NCBI GenBank assembly: GCA_045533915.1
Contig: JAZSIP010000039.1
Location: 1 to 63,303 of the forward strand
Source: Eubacteriales bacterium
GTDB lineage: Bacteria > Bacillota > Clostridia > Oscillospirales > CAG-272
Length of the DNA stretch: 63,303 nucleotides
Direction of reading: 5' to 3'
Shown here: positions 45,408 through 56,100 of the stretch, one piece after another
How positions within the stretch are numbered: the stretch's first letter is position 1
Layout of the letters: each line of letters opens with the position of its first letter
The notes under the pieces: generated by a model
Seen by the model: the letters and a program-made list of their open reading frames with translations, nothing else
What the model was told of the DNA's origin: nothing
Databases searched by the model: none
Translations under genes and position numbers: made by a program

Positions 45408-45932
45408 ATGCACAACGAATATGAGCCTCACTCATTTATAAAAAAAGTTCCTTTGGAAACGGAAGATATATATCTTATTTACAAAAGAGCTTTTTTTGAA
45501 GATATAGATATAGGTGATATGGCAGATACGTTCGCGACATTAGAATACGTTAAAATAGACGAAAAATATGCTAAGCATATGCTCAACGCTATAAAAAATG
45601 AGGAGCTGTTAAATTCTCTTGACGAAAATACTAAAGGTTATCTTAAAAATATTTTCTCAAAAGCAGTTAATTTAGCTGTGATCACGAGTTCGGAAATTGC
45701 CATATATTTGTCAAAAGAGGGCAAGTACGCCGTTGTGGATATTTCAAATCATATTTTAGATATCTTTTATCCCGAATTGATCTTATTTGAGCATCTCACT
45801 GTCAATGCAAGCGAGATAATAATATCAAACAATTCAGAAGAAGATAGTTCTAATATTTCTTTCTACTTTGATTTTGAAGAGGATTCGTTGAATATTGTTA
45901 ATTCCGTAAAAAATAAATTGTCAAAAATATAA
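45408..45932 (+). CDS. Orphan acidic cytoplasmic protein of unknown function
   Basis: 174 aa and very AT-rich. A good RBS (AAAGGAGA) precedes ATG 45408. There are no recognisable motifs. The ORF-track TTG extension (45303) overlaps the leader structure. Confidence 0.6.
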   Translation: MHNEYEPHSFIKKVPLETEDIYLIYKRAFFEDIDIGDMADTFATLEYVKIDEKYAKHMLNAIKNEELLNSLDENTKGYLKNIFSKAVNLAVITSSEIAIYLSKEGKYAVVDISNHILDIFYPELILFEHLTVNASEIIISNNSEEDSSNISFYFDFEEDSLNIVNSVKNKLSKI

Positions 45933-45936
45933 ACGA

Positions 45937-45971
45937 AAATAACACAAGGAATGTTTTCTTGTGTTATTTTT
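45937..45971 (+). terminator. Intrinsic terminator (AATAACACA stem family)
   Basis: AAATAACACAAG / CTTGTGTTATTT (12 bp), a 9-nt loop and a T-run. Confidence 0.8.
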
Positions 45972-46053
45972 GCGTTTGTTTTTTGCGTATTTCATGTTAA
46001 AATTAACATATTTAAATAAAACACTGAAAATATTTTCAGAATTTTAAAAACTA

Positions 46054-46082
46054 TTGAAAATAAAAATTTTGTGTGATATAAT
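46054..46082 (+). promoter_or_regulatory. Sigma-A promoter with an extended -10
   Basis: TTGAAA (46054-46059), a 17-nt spacer ending in TGTGA, then TATAAT (46077-46082). Confidence 0.6.
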
Positions 46083-46123
46083 GCATTTGTTATAAAAAAT
46101 AATTTTTAACGGAGGATGAAAAA

Positions 46124-47233
46124 ATGGCAAAGACAAATATTGTTGATTGGAATACGATCACAAACTTTGTAATCGACGCTTTTGTTGGTTACGGTATCCC
46201 TCGCGAAGACGCAGAGATCTGTGCGGACGTTCTTCTTGAGTCTGATAAAAGAGGTATTGAATCTCACGGATGCAACCGCTTCAAGCCCATTTACCTTGAC
46301 AGAATCAAGGCAGGTATCCAGAATCCTATAACCAATTTTGAGATCATAAAGGAGACCGAGACTACCGCAGTAGTAGACGGTCACGACGGTATGGGTCAGG
46401 TTATCGGATACAAGGCTATGTCTATGGCTATCGAAAAGGCTAAAAAGTACGGTATGGGTATGGTAGTTGTTCGTAACTCCTGCCACTACGGTATCGCAGG
46501 CTACTACACCTCTATGGCAACCAAGGCGGGTTGTATCGGTCTTACAGGTACTAACGCTCGTCCTACCGTTGCTCCTACATTTGGTGTAAAGGGTGCTTTG
46601 GGTACAAACCCCTTAACTCTCGGTGTTCCTACCGATGAGGAATTTGATTTCAACTTTGATGCGGCTACCTCTACTTATCAGAACGGTAAGCTTGAGTACT
46701 ACGCACGTATAGGTAAGGATGCTCCCGCAGGCGCACTTGTCGGTAATGATGGCAAGGCTTACGAGGGAACTGCTGACGATGCTCTCAAGACTATGGCACG
46801 CGGCGAGGCTGCTCTTTGTACTCTCGGCGGACCCGGTGAAGAGGGATGCGGATATAAGGGCTACGGCTTTGCTATGTTCGTTGAGCTTATGAGTGCGGTT
46901 CTTCAGAGCGGACACTACGGTCAGTACCTTACGGGTAAGGATGAAAACGGCAACAAGAGACCTTTCGGACTCGGACACTTCTTTATCGCTATCGATACCG
47001 ACCATTTCCTCGGCGAAGATGTTTGCCGTAAGAACGCAGGCGATATCATTCGTGAGGTTCGTTCGACACAGAAAGCTCCGGGTGCAGAGCGCATATATAC
47101 CGCAGGTGAGAAGGAGCACGAGATCCGTCTTGCTCGCCACGCAGGTGTTCCGATAAACGAGTCTGTTCAGAAAGAGTTTATCGCGGTTCGCGATGAGCTT
47201 GGCTTGAACTATAAATTCCCATTTGAAGATTGA
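46124..47233 (+). CDS. Ldh_2 family (malate/L-lactate/ureidoglycolate-type) oxidoreductase
   Basis: 369 aa with DAEICADVLLESDKRGIESHGCNRF, typical of the Ldh_2 family. Confidence 0.75.
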   Translation: MAKTNIVDWNTITNFVIDAFVGYGIPREDAEICADVLLESDKRGIESHGCNRFKPIYLDRIKAGIQNPITNFEIIKETETTAVVDGHDGMGQVIGYKAMSMAIEKAKKYGMGMVVVRNSCHYGIAGYYTSMATKAGCIGLTGTNARPTVAPTFGVKGALGTNPLTLGVPTDEEFDFNFDAATSTYQNGKLEYYARIGKDAPAGALVGNDGKAYEGTADDALKTMARGEAALCTLGGPGEEGCGYKGYGFAMFVELMSAVLQSGHYGQYLTGKDENGNKRPFGLGHFFIAIDTDHFLGEDVCRKNAGDIIREVRSTQKAPGAERIYTAGEKEHEIRLARHAGVPINESVQKEFIAVRDELGLNYKFPFED

Positions 47234-47252
47234 TTGAAAGGAAAATTGAATT

Positions 47253-48431
47253 ATGAATATCAGAGAAGAATCTTTGCAGAAGCACTATGAATGGAACGGC
47301 AAAATAGAGGTAGTTTCAAGAGTTCCCGTTGAGAACCGTCAGGACCTTTCTCTTGCGTACACCCCAGGTGTAGCAGAGCCCTGTCTTGAGATACAGAAGG
47401 ACGTAAATAAGTCTTATGAGCTTACACGCCGTAAAAACCTTGTTGCGGTTATCACTGACGGTACTGCAGTTCTCGGTCTTGGAGATATCGGACCTGAGGC
47501 AGGTATGCCCGTTATGGAGGGTAAGTGCGTACTCTTCAAGGAATTTGCGGATGTTGACGCATTTCCGCTTTGCATTCGTTCTAAAGACGTTGATACTATC
47601 GTTAATACGATCACTCTTCTCGCGGGAAGCTTTGGAGGTGTAAACCTTGAGGATATTTCCGCACCCCGTTGCTTTGAGATAGAGCGCAGACTTAAAGAGA
47701 CCTGCGATATCCCGATATTCCACGATGACCAGCACGGTACAGCTATCGTTGTTGCGGCGGCTCTTCTCAACGCGCTTAAGGTAGTTGGAAAGAATCTCTC
47801 CGATGTTCGCATCACAATGAGTGGCGCGGGTGCGGCAGGAATATCTATCGCAAAGCATCTCATCAATATGGGCGCAGATCCTAAGAAGATGCTTATGTGC
47901 GATATTAACGGTATTCTTTGCGAGGGTGACGGCAGAATGAATCCCGCTCAGGCGGCTATGGCAGCTATCACCAACGCGGAGCATAAGCAGGGAACACTTG
48001 CAGACGCGCTCAAGGGCGCAGACGTTTTCGTAGGCGTTTCTGCTCCGAATATCGTTACTGAGGAAATGATCGCAAGCATGGCAAAGGATTCTATAGTATT
48101 CCCCATGGCAAACCCCACTCCCGAGATCATGCCCGATCTTGCAAAGAAGGCGGGCGCAAGAATTGTCGGTACGGGTCGTTCCGATTTCCCTAACCAGATA
48201 AACAACCTTCTCGCATTCCCCGGAATCTTCCGCGGAGCGCTTGATTGCAGAGCATCTTGTATCAATGAAGAGATGAAGGTCGCTTCCTCTCACGCTCTTG
48301 CTTCTCTTATCCCCGAGAACGAGCTTAACGAGGAGAACATAATCGTTTCCGCTCTCAATAAGAGCGTTGCTCCCGTAGTAGCTAAAGCTGTTATCGAAGC
48401 GGCAAAAAAGACGGGCGTTGCAAGAATATAA
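47253..48431 (+). CDS. NAD(P)-dependent malic enzyme (short form)
   Basis: It has LSLAYTPGVAEPC, a FHDDQHGTA motif and a GAGAAG Rossmann loop. Confidence 0.85.
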   Translation: MNIREESLQKHYEWNGKIEVVSRVPVENRQDLSLAYTPGVAEPCLEIQKDVNKSYELTRRKNLVAVITDGTAVLGLGDIGPEAGMPVMEGKCVLFKEFADVDAFPLCIRSKDVDTIVNTITLLAGSFGGVNLEDISAPRCFEIERRLKETCDIPIFHDDQHGTAIVVAAALLNALKVVGKNLSDVRITMSGAGAAGISIAKHLINMGADPKKMLMCDINGILCEGDGRMNPAQAAMAAITNAEHKQGTLADALKGADVFVGVSAPNIVTEEMIASMAKDSIVFPMANPTPEIMPDLAKKAGARIVGTGRSDFPNQINNLLAFPGIFRGALDCRASCINEEMKVASSHALASLIPENELNEENIIVSALNKSVAPVVAKAVIEAAKKTGVARI

Positions 48432-48447
48432 TTAATAAATAAGACTA

Positions 48448-48480
48448 ACAGCCGTGGTAAAAAAAACACGGCTGTTTTTG
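48448..48480 (+). terminator. Intrinsic terminator
   Basis: ACAGCCGTG / CACGGCTGT stem followed by a T-run. Confidence 0.8.
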
Positions 48481-48511
48481 CGTTGTTTGTTTTACAAAAC
48501 GGTTAAAGCTG

Positions 48512-49369
48512 TCAGATAACTCCCGTTATCACGTATTCAACCGTTCCGGGTGTAACGACTACCTCTCCTGTGGTGGCATCACGCGTAAAGGTAGCGGCGG
48601 GGATTGTATCCGTTGCCGTTGCGGGAACTGTAAGCGTACCGTTTTCGTAAAGATAAGCTGTACCCTCAAGAAGCACACCGTTGCGGGACACTGTTATATT
48701 CGTGAGGATAGGATCGAAAACGTCTATAAGCTGTACGTTTTCGGCATCGATATTGCCGTAGTTGTAAAGTCTAATGGTGTAGGTTACAGTATCTCCGCAA
48801 ACTACGGGGTTGGGCGACATTTGCTTGAATATAGAAACGTCTGCCGCGGGTGCTACCGTGACGGTTGCCGATGCGCTTCCGTCAGCACAATCTGAGTCAG
48901 TCGTAAGCGTTGCTTCGTTTACGATAGCCGAATCAAGCTCAAGAGGAGCAAATTCGTTTACTCTGGCAGTATAGATGATATTTGCAGTAGCCCCTGCGGC
49001 AAGTGCGGGAATAGTGAATATAAGCTGGGAAGAGCTTGAGCTGTCGGTGGTAAGGTTCGCGCTTGCGTCCTGTCCGTCAACGAGAAGAATAGCTGGACCA
49101 ACATAGGTCAAAGGGGTAAGGTCACCTGTTTGATCGGTAAAAGTGCCGAGGTTGTCGGTAATGCTTACCGTATTCAGCGGAGCTGACGACGTGTTGCTGA
49201 CAGTCATGATATAGGTGACGGTGTCACCCTCGGAATAGGTGCTTCCAACCGTTCTCTTGTCAAAGGTAACGGAGGAGGTAAGGTCTATCTGCGCAATATT
49301 GGAGACCGTAGTTGCCGCAACACCGCCTGAGGTGTAGCGAACGGTCGCAAAATTTTCTATGGTTGGCAT
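48512..49369 (-). CDS. DUF11 / conserved-repeat-domain protein (two Ig-like repeats) without a signal peptide
   Basis: It has repeated DTVTY...(T/R)V.N.G motifs (GDTVTYIMTVSNTSS, GDTVTYTIRLYNYGN). The N-terminus MPTIENFATVRY has no hydrophobic leader. Confidence 0.65.
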   Translation of the reverse strand: MPTIENFATVRYTSGGVAATTVSNIAQIDLTSSVTFDKRTVGSTYSEGDTVTYIMTVSNTSSAPLNTVSITDNLGTFTDQTGDLTPLTYVGPAILLVDGQDASANLTTDSSSSSQLIFTIPALAAGATANIIYTARVNEFAPLELDSAIVNEATLTTDSDCADGSASATVTVAPAADVSIFKQMSPNPVVCGDTVTYTIRLYNYGNIDAENVQLIDVFDPILTNITVSRNGVLLEGTAYLYENGTLTVPATATDTIPAATFTRDATTGEVVVTPGTVEYVITGVI

Positions 49370-49456
49370 TAAAAATCTCCTGTTTGTTTTTTGAAGGCGT
49401 GAAGCCCTCTATAAAAAGGATATGAAATATAAAAGTGTTTTGTCATATAAAAAGAG

Positions 49457-49489
49457 AAAACCGTCGACACGATTCGTGCCGACGGTTTT
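49457..49489. terminator. Bidirectional terminator downstream of addA
   Basis: AAAACCGTCG...CGACGGTTTT hairpin flanked by an A-run and a T-run. Confidence 0.75.
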
Positions 49490-49499
49490 GTTGATTTTA

Positions 49500-52400
49500 T
49501 TATAGAATATCTTTGGGATAATCGAGTGGAATGGGATCAATGTCAAAAAGCTTTGCCGCGTGGGTCGAGTAAACTGCCACTCGGTCACAGCTTCTGTCGA
49601 ACAGAAGCTCTGCGGCTTTTTTGTAGTAAGAGAGCTGCATAGCGTGAAGTCCGTTTAACCGCTGATTCGCAAGCAGATCGTTTTCAAGCTCTTCTCCCGT
49701 GAGCCTGTCGGTCTTGTAGTCGAACAGGTAAAGCCTGTTGTCCTTGTCTATAACGATAAGGTCGATAACACCCTGAACCGCAAGAGATTCGTCTTTGATT
49801 TTAGCAAGAAGCTCCTTGTCGCGAGTAAAATTATCGGGCGGAAGCAAAAGATTGAATCTTTGTTCGCGAATGATCTTTTTGGCGTTTGTTATGATATCGC
49901 AAAGTTCACTTTTAAAGAATTTTTCAAGCTCATCAAAACGGATAAGCTCACCCGCGTCCTTGGGCAGAAAACCATTTGAATACAATCTGTTGAATTCTTC
50001 GCGAACACCGTTTTTCAAAGCGTTTGCAAAATCGCAGAATTGCAGGAAAAGGTGAGTAGCAGTACCGCGGTCGGTAGCTTTTTTCGATCTCTTTGTACCC
50101 AAACGGAAGAAATCGGGAACGGTAGCTTTTTTGTCATTGATAAGATCTACGGACGTGTCGTTTTCATCAAGCACGTCGGGAGACAAACGTGATACGGATA
50201 TCTTTGCAGGTACACGCTTCAACTCCTTGTATCCGTATTCAAAAGAGAATTTTTCTTCAAGAAGAGCAAGGAGCTTTTCGTCGGGATCAACGTTTGCCTT
50301 GCTTACTTCGGGCAGAAGAAGTACATTATCATTTGTTTCGGATTGGAAGTTCGATATATGATCCTCGGTAGGCATTGGAAGCTCATGGAACTTAAGCTCG
50401 TAAAAATCATTTTTGTCAGATGCCTCAAGCGCAGTAAGTATCCACTGTATGTAAGAGTTACATGAAAGAAGTGAATAACGAGAGGGAAGAAAGGCATTGG
50501 TTTTTGCCGCGGCGATCATTCTTTCCTCACTTGCGCTTGTTGCCGTAATATACAAGCGTTCCCTTGCTCGTGTCATAGCAACGTAAAGAATACGCATTTC
50601 TTCTTCAAGCTCGGATATCCTTTTTTTAGTGAAAATAGCCTTGCGTAAAGGCGTATTTATTGTAGCGAAGCTTGAACCGTCCGATAATTTCAGAGCAAGT
50701 CCGACGTGAGGATCAAACACGAGACTTTCGGTGCTTGAGGGATCTGTAAACCGCTTTGAACAGCCAAAAAGAAAGCAAACGGGAAATTCAAGACCTTTGG
50801 AATGGTGAGAGGTTATAAGAACGACCTGATCTTCGGAGAGCGCCTTTTCGGGCGCGTCTATCTTTCTTCCTTCTTCCATCATCGTGTTTATAAAATCGAT
50901 AAAGCCGCCAAGTCCCTTGAAAGAACCGTTTTCAAATTTTCTCGCGTATTCGTAAAGAAGAAGCAGATTTCCACCGTCCCCCTCGCTTTGATTTGATTCA
51001 AGTCCCGAAGAAATAACGAGTTCGGAATCAAGTATGGTCCTCAACAGGCGGTCAACGGGCATAGAAGCCGCGTGATCGCGCCATTCTTCAAGGTACGACA
51101 AAAAAGCACGGCACTTTTCGGCAAGAGGATCTTCCTTTTCCGAATATGTCAAAAGAGAATCGAAGAGTGACATAGAGGTATCGCATACAGAACGTACAGA
51201 TATCATTTCTTCAAGAGTGAACTCAAATATAGGAGATCGCAGAGCGCCCGCAAGATAAATATCTCTGTGAGGATTGTCTATTGCGTTGAGCAGACATATC
51301 ATCATCATTACGTCAGGGTCGGCAAAATATCTGTCCTCCTCACCGCTTGATGTCTTTATACCGAGGGCGTTGAGTTCGCGTGTGAGTATCTCCTTCGGAG
51401 AATGCTTACGCGTAAGTACAGCGATATCTGATGGGCGTATTTTCTTGCCATTTGCAAGCGTTTCGTTGTCAATGAGCCGTTTTATTTCTGCGGCAATAAA
51501 TTTCGCTTCATACTCGTCGTTGCTAAAGAAAAGCTTTGGATCGATATCAGGAGCGCCTTTCCTTATTTGAGCAGGTGTCGGTCTTTTTGGAGGAATTATA
51601 ATGTCAACGTGTACGAGAGGAGATAGGTAATCTTCATTCGGGGGAACTTTGCCCCATTCAAGATCGTCCTTTTTTGTGTATCCGAGATTATCTCCGCAAT
51701 GCTTGAAAAGATATGAGCATACGGTATTTGTAAAGTCTATGATGTTTTCATCGCAACGGAAATTTGAGGACATAAATATAGACGCGCTGTTGCTATCCGT
51801 GGCTTCTTTTGAATGAAGATCGGGAAAAGCCTCGCGATATTCCGCAAACAGTAAAGGCTCAGCGCCTCGGAAACCGTAAATGCTCTGCTTTATATCTCCG
51901 ACCATAAAACGATTGTCTTTTTTTGCGATAGATGAGAAAATAAGATCCTGAACTCTGTCGACGTCCTGATATTCGTCAATATAAATGTCGGTGTAATGCT
52001 CTGAATATGCTTTTGCGATAGACGAGGGCTCGCCGTTTTCGTCGACAAGAAGCTTTAAAGCGTATCTTCGGACATCGGAAAATGTCATATAGTTTCGGCG
52101 TTTTTTCTCCTCGTCCATGCGTTTTTCGAATTCCGCAAGTAAGCTGTATATGATCATAGTATAACGCGCGGTGTCAGCCATCGCACGCTTTACAGAATCG
52201 GGAGGAGTTGCAAAGGATGATGTGTAAAGCGATTTTATAGCTGCGTTTATGTCGGTGCGTATAGCTTTAAAATAGAGCATTTCTTCGCTATCTTCAAATT
52301 TTTTCTTTCCCTTAGGCAATGCGGGGAATACGTATGACGAAAGATGCTCACGGCAGGCATTATATCCGCCGCTTTCAAGTTTGAGAAGCTCAAGAAGCTT

Positions 52401-53183
52401 TTTGCAATATTCGAGAAGCTCAAAAAAAGCTCCGTGATAATATGACGTAAAATCAGGAGAGAGTTCGATATGCTCAACAGCCAAGCTAAGACCTTTTATA
52501 GCGTGATTTGCAAAATCAATGGATTCGTCACGTATCACTTTGCCGATATGAGATGCAAAGAAATCACGTTGAGAATCTTCTTGAAGATCCTCAGCAAAGT
52601 TTTTAAGATACAGTATCCCCTCGGGAATATTAGAGCATCTCTCGGACAGAGAAATAAAAACGTTGTTTACGTTGTCTATAGAGCGCGCACCGCCAAAACA
52701 TTCCACAAGACGAGGGAAATCGGGCTCTGTCTCATAAAAATTGTCAAAAACATCCGACATAACAGAACTTGCGAGCAAAGCGTTCTCCGCGCCGTCGGCT
52801 ATCCTGAAATTCGGAGATATGCCGAGATGCGAGAAATTTGTTCTTATAAGATCGATATAAAACGCATCGATAGTGCATATCTGCGCGCTTGCAAGCTTTA
52901 GAATTTGAGAATTCAAATGTTTGCTTGAGGGATTTTTTGCAAGCTCCTTTGTAAGAGCCTCGGATATTCTCGAACGCAATTCCGCGGCGGCGGCTCTCGT
53001 AAATGTCACGATAAGCATTTTTCCGATATCGGAGGGGGAATCTTCATTTGTCAGAGAGTTTATGATTCGTTGCGTAAGCGTTGCGGTCTTACCCGAGCCT
53101 GCTGCTGCGCTGACAAGAAGAGTTTTATTTCTTGTGTTCATAGCATCTCTTTGCGCGGGTGTCCATTTTCTTTCTGTTTCCAT
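49500..53183 (-). CDS. addA: ATP-dependent helicase/nuclease subunit A (AddA)
   Basis: It has a UvrD-like helicase (LVSAAAGSGKT, DEYQD) and a C-terminal PD-(D/E)xK nuclease (GVIDLI...DYKTD). The start was set to METERKW (53183) after the RBS AAGGAGGAGG. Confidence 0.9.
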   Translation of the reverse strand: METERKWTPAQRDAMNTRNKTLLVSAAAGSGKTATLTQRIINSLTNEDSPSDIGKMLIVTFTRAAAAELRSRISEALTKELAKNPSSKHLNSQILKLASAQICTIDAFYIDLIRTNFSHLGISPNFRIADGAENALLASSVMSDVFDNFYETEPDFPRLVECFGGARSIDNVNNVFISLSERCSNIPEGILYLKNFAEDLQEDSQRDFFASHIGKVIRDESIDFANHAIKGLSLAVEHIELSPDFTSYYHGAFFELLEYCKKLLELLKLESGGYNACREHLSSYVFPALPKGKKKFEDSEEMLYFKAIRTDINAAIKSLYTSSFATPPDSVKRAMADTARYTMIIYSLLAEFEKRMDEEKKRRNYMTFSDVRRYALKLLVDENGEPSSIAKAYSEHYTDIYIDEYQDVDRVQDLIFSSIAKKDNRFMVGDIKQSIYGFRGAEPLLFAEYREAFPDLHSKEATDSNSASIFMSSNFRCDENIIDFTNTVCSYLFKHCGDNLGYTKKDDLEWGKVPPNEDYLSPLVHVDIIIPPKRPTPAQIRKGAPDIDPKLFFSNDEYEAKFIAAEIKRLIDNETLANGKKIRPSDIAVLTRKHSPKEILTRELNALGIKTSSGEEDRYFADPDVMMMICLLNAIDNPHRDIYLAGALRSPIFEFTLEEMISVRSVCDTSMSLFDSLLTYSEKEDPLAEKCRAFLSYLEEWRDHAASMPVDRLLRTILDSELVISSGLESNQSEGDGGNLLLLYEYARKFENGSFKGLGGFIDFINTMMEEGRKIDAPEKALSEDQVVLITSHHSKGLEFPVCFLFGCSKRFTDPSSTESLVFDPHVGLALKLSDGSSFATINTPLRKAIFTKKRISELEEEMRILYVAMTRARERLYITATSASEERMIAAAKTNAFLPSRYSLLSCNSYIQWILTALEASDKNDFYELKFHELPMPTEDHISNFQSETNDNVLLLPEVSKANVDPDEKLLALLEEKFSFEYGYKELKRVPAKISVSRLSPDVLDENDTSVDLINDKKATVPDFFRLGTKRSKKATDRGTATHLFLQFCDFANALKNGVREEFNRLYSNGFLPKDAGELIRFDELEKFFKSELCDIITNAKKIIREQRFNLLLPPDNFTRDKELLAKIKDESLAVQGVIDLIVIDKDNRLYLFDYKTDRLTGEELENDLLANQRLNGLHAMQLSYYKKAAELLFDRSCDRVAVYSTHAAKLFDIDPIPLDYPKDIL

Positions 53184-53199
53184 AAAACCTCCTCCTTTC

Positions 53200-56100
53200 T
53201 TAAGATTTGGAAATGTATCTGCATACGGATTTGTATTCGCAATAGGAACAGGGATCTTTTCCGTCATATTTTAAAGGTCTGACATCTGCACAGCCACTGC
53301 GCATTTCGGCGGTTATTTTTAAGATCACTTTTTCCATATCGGAGAAAAGCTTTTCGAAATTTTCACCGCTTATGAGCGCATTTCCGCTGAGTATTCCGTC
53401 CTTTTGAGATATTCCCGCAAGAAACTGAGAGTCAAGCTCATCGTTCATAGCATAAAGTATCTCTTCGTTTCCAAGCAATAATCCGTTGCGCTCTATTTCA
53501 AAATCAGCAGATCGAATAACGGTGTCTTCCTCCGTATAGTCTTCAAGAGAGATCACGGGTACTTTGGCAAGAAGATATACCATTCCCGCGGGTGTAGCCG
53601 TCTTACCTTGCTCAAGACCTAAAACACGGGCAAAATCGTTGTCTCTGTTGCGGCAAAGCGTACAAAGATAAAGAAGCATTTGAAGATTCATACCGTGTTC
53701 AACGTCTCCAAGAGAGAATGTCTTAGAGCCCGTTTTGTAGTCAATAACTCTTATATAGACCTCGCCGTCATTTTTGAAAAGATCGACGCGGTCAATAATA
53801 CCCGTGAAAGTGACCTTATAGCTCTTGTCTTCGGGAATAAATACCATAGGGCGCGGGTTGCTTCCGATGCCGTTCGTCTCTAATTCAAAGAAAGCAGGTT
53901 TGAATTTGCTGTGCTCCATTTCCTTGAGCATATTGTCGATAACGAGGCGCGACAGCTTTTTAAGTCTTGAAAAAAGGTGAGATAATCTCTTTGGCGTTTG
54001 AGAATCGGACGGGAATATGCCGTCGATGTATTCGTCAACTATCGCATCTCCTTTTTTTATTATCATATCACGGTCGGGAAGCGAGCCGTCGGAAAGCTCT
54101 GTTACAGAATAACGCAAAAGCTTTTCAAGAACGTAGTGAACAAATGTTCCCATATCGTTAAATTCAAACCTTGCCCGTCCGCTCTCGCGCAGCTTAAGCT
54201 CGGAGTAGCAAAAATATTTAAACGGACAGGATACGTATTTTTCAAATTTTGAAAACGAAAGGGTCATATTTTCAAAACGCTTTTTTGAGGTTATAGCTTC
54301 GGATAAACGTTCTTTCGGCGAAAAGCTTTCCGCTTGCGAACGTTGGCTCATAGAGGGAAGATAGGGCGTGGCGGCGATCCTTAAAGCTTCACCCTCGGAA
54401 GATCCTTTCATACTTCTCAAATGTCCGATCGCTCCTTTCGGTCCGCTTGTCAGATATTGAAAATCATTTCCTTTGAATTCGTGAATATTGATAGTTGGGA
54501 AAAGGACCTTTACACGATTGAAAGCCAGAGACGGAAACCGTTGCTCACTCGCTCCAAGCTCGGAGGTCGCGGTAAAGAGATACAGGTTCGCTGCAAGCGA
54601 TGAAAAGACACGAAGACCGTTGATAAGCTCGTCCGAGGAGCGAGAGTTCACATCTGCCGATAGCTCAATGTCGAGTGAATTGAGCCGTTCGCGCTCACCC
54701 GCGCCAAACACTCCCGTATCACGCACTGCGGCAGGGAAGATAGATTCGCAAAGACCGAGAACGAATGTGTATTTGACATTTGATGTACGCATTATTGCGG
54801 CAGATCCTATCGTGACCTCGTCAATGGAGGTGGGAATAGTGCCTATGTCTGTCTGATCAAATACAGTTTTCAAGATAGTGTAAAGCTCCTCAATACTTGC
54901 TTCCTGATCCTCCATAGCCTCGCCAATATCGGCAAGCGTATTGAGAATGATCCCGTAAAGCGAGGAGAATTCGGCGGCGGATTTTGGTTTTCCTCTTGCC
55001 GATTCCTTTTTCGCAAGCTCATCAAGACGGTCCTCAAGACCAAGCTCCGATATGTATTCAAATAAAGCGCGGCACATGTCTGCGATATTTTCCGAGGAGT
55101 CAAGCAGAATAAAGAGCTTTGTCAAAGGCTCGGCTATTGCTTTTCGTGTCTCGTTAGCCGCAAGGAGTATGTCCTTTGCACGCTCGCTCATTTCCTTTTT
55201 GTACCCGTCGGGATTCATCGTAAAATCTCCGTCGGTGAACTTTGCTCCGCGTATATTCCAAGTGTTTACGTATTCCTCAAAAAGATCGATCTTTCTTTGA
55301 TCAATTGGATAAAGTCCTGTTTTAACGTGAGCCAATACGTCCGATCTTTGCCAATTAAAGCGTCGTATCTTCAAAGCTGACAAAATAAGCTTTATAGGAG
55401 CTAAAGACGAAAGATCTGTCTTGTCTGCCATAAAGAAGGGGATACCGTTTTTTTCAAAAGCAGGCTCGATAATGCCCTTATATCTCGACGGATCTCGTGC
55501 GATAACGGCTATATCATGGCATCTCGCACCGTTTCGCAGCAATTCAAGGATATGTGCCGAAACCGCTTCCGATTCCGCATAGGCGTTTTCGCATTTCTCC
55601 ATTACTATGCTTCCGTCGGAGATATCTATATGGCTGTCCTCCTGAACTTCAAGCTGCCATAGATTTTTCGTAAGATAAGAAAGAGCTTGAGAGCTTGTAC
55701 GGCGGTTTTCACCAAGAGTTTGACAGATAGCACCGCCGTGCTTTTCCGCATTTCTTAGTAAACGCTCGAGTGAGTGGCGAATGCTTGACGTATAGTTGCC
55801 GTCATATTCGGGATGGGGTAGAGGAATAGTTACCGTAACGTTTGAGGCACTTGCGAATATTCGTTCTATGACTTTGTGCTCAACTGCTGTAAAAGAGGTA
55901 AAAGAATCTATGTATACGTCGCAGTTTGCAAAGAAATCGTGCTTTGATAGTGTGTCGTAAAGCCTTGAAAGATCGTCGGACGAATCACTGTACTTTTCAG
56001 CGATCAATCTGTCGAACGAGGCGTATATAAGCGAAAGATCGCGAAGCTTTTTTCTTAAAGGATCGTCTTTGTTGAGCTTTTCAGAAGCTTTTTCGATAGA

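Noticed and set aside
53184-53267. N-terminal extensions of addA (to 53267) and addB (56506-56610)
   Set aside because: The extensions precede good internal RBS/start pairs (METERKW; GTG-ITFIFGTYGSGKT). The addB extension is a Tyr/Ile/His-rich translation of AT-rich promoter DNA.
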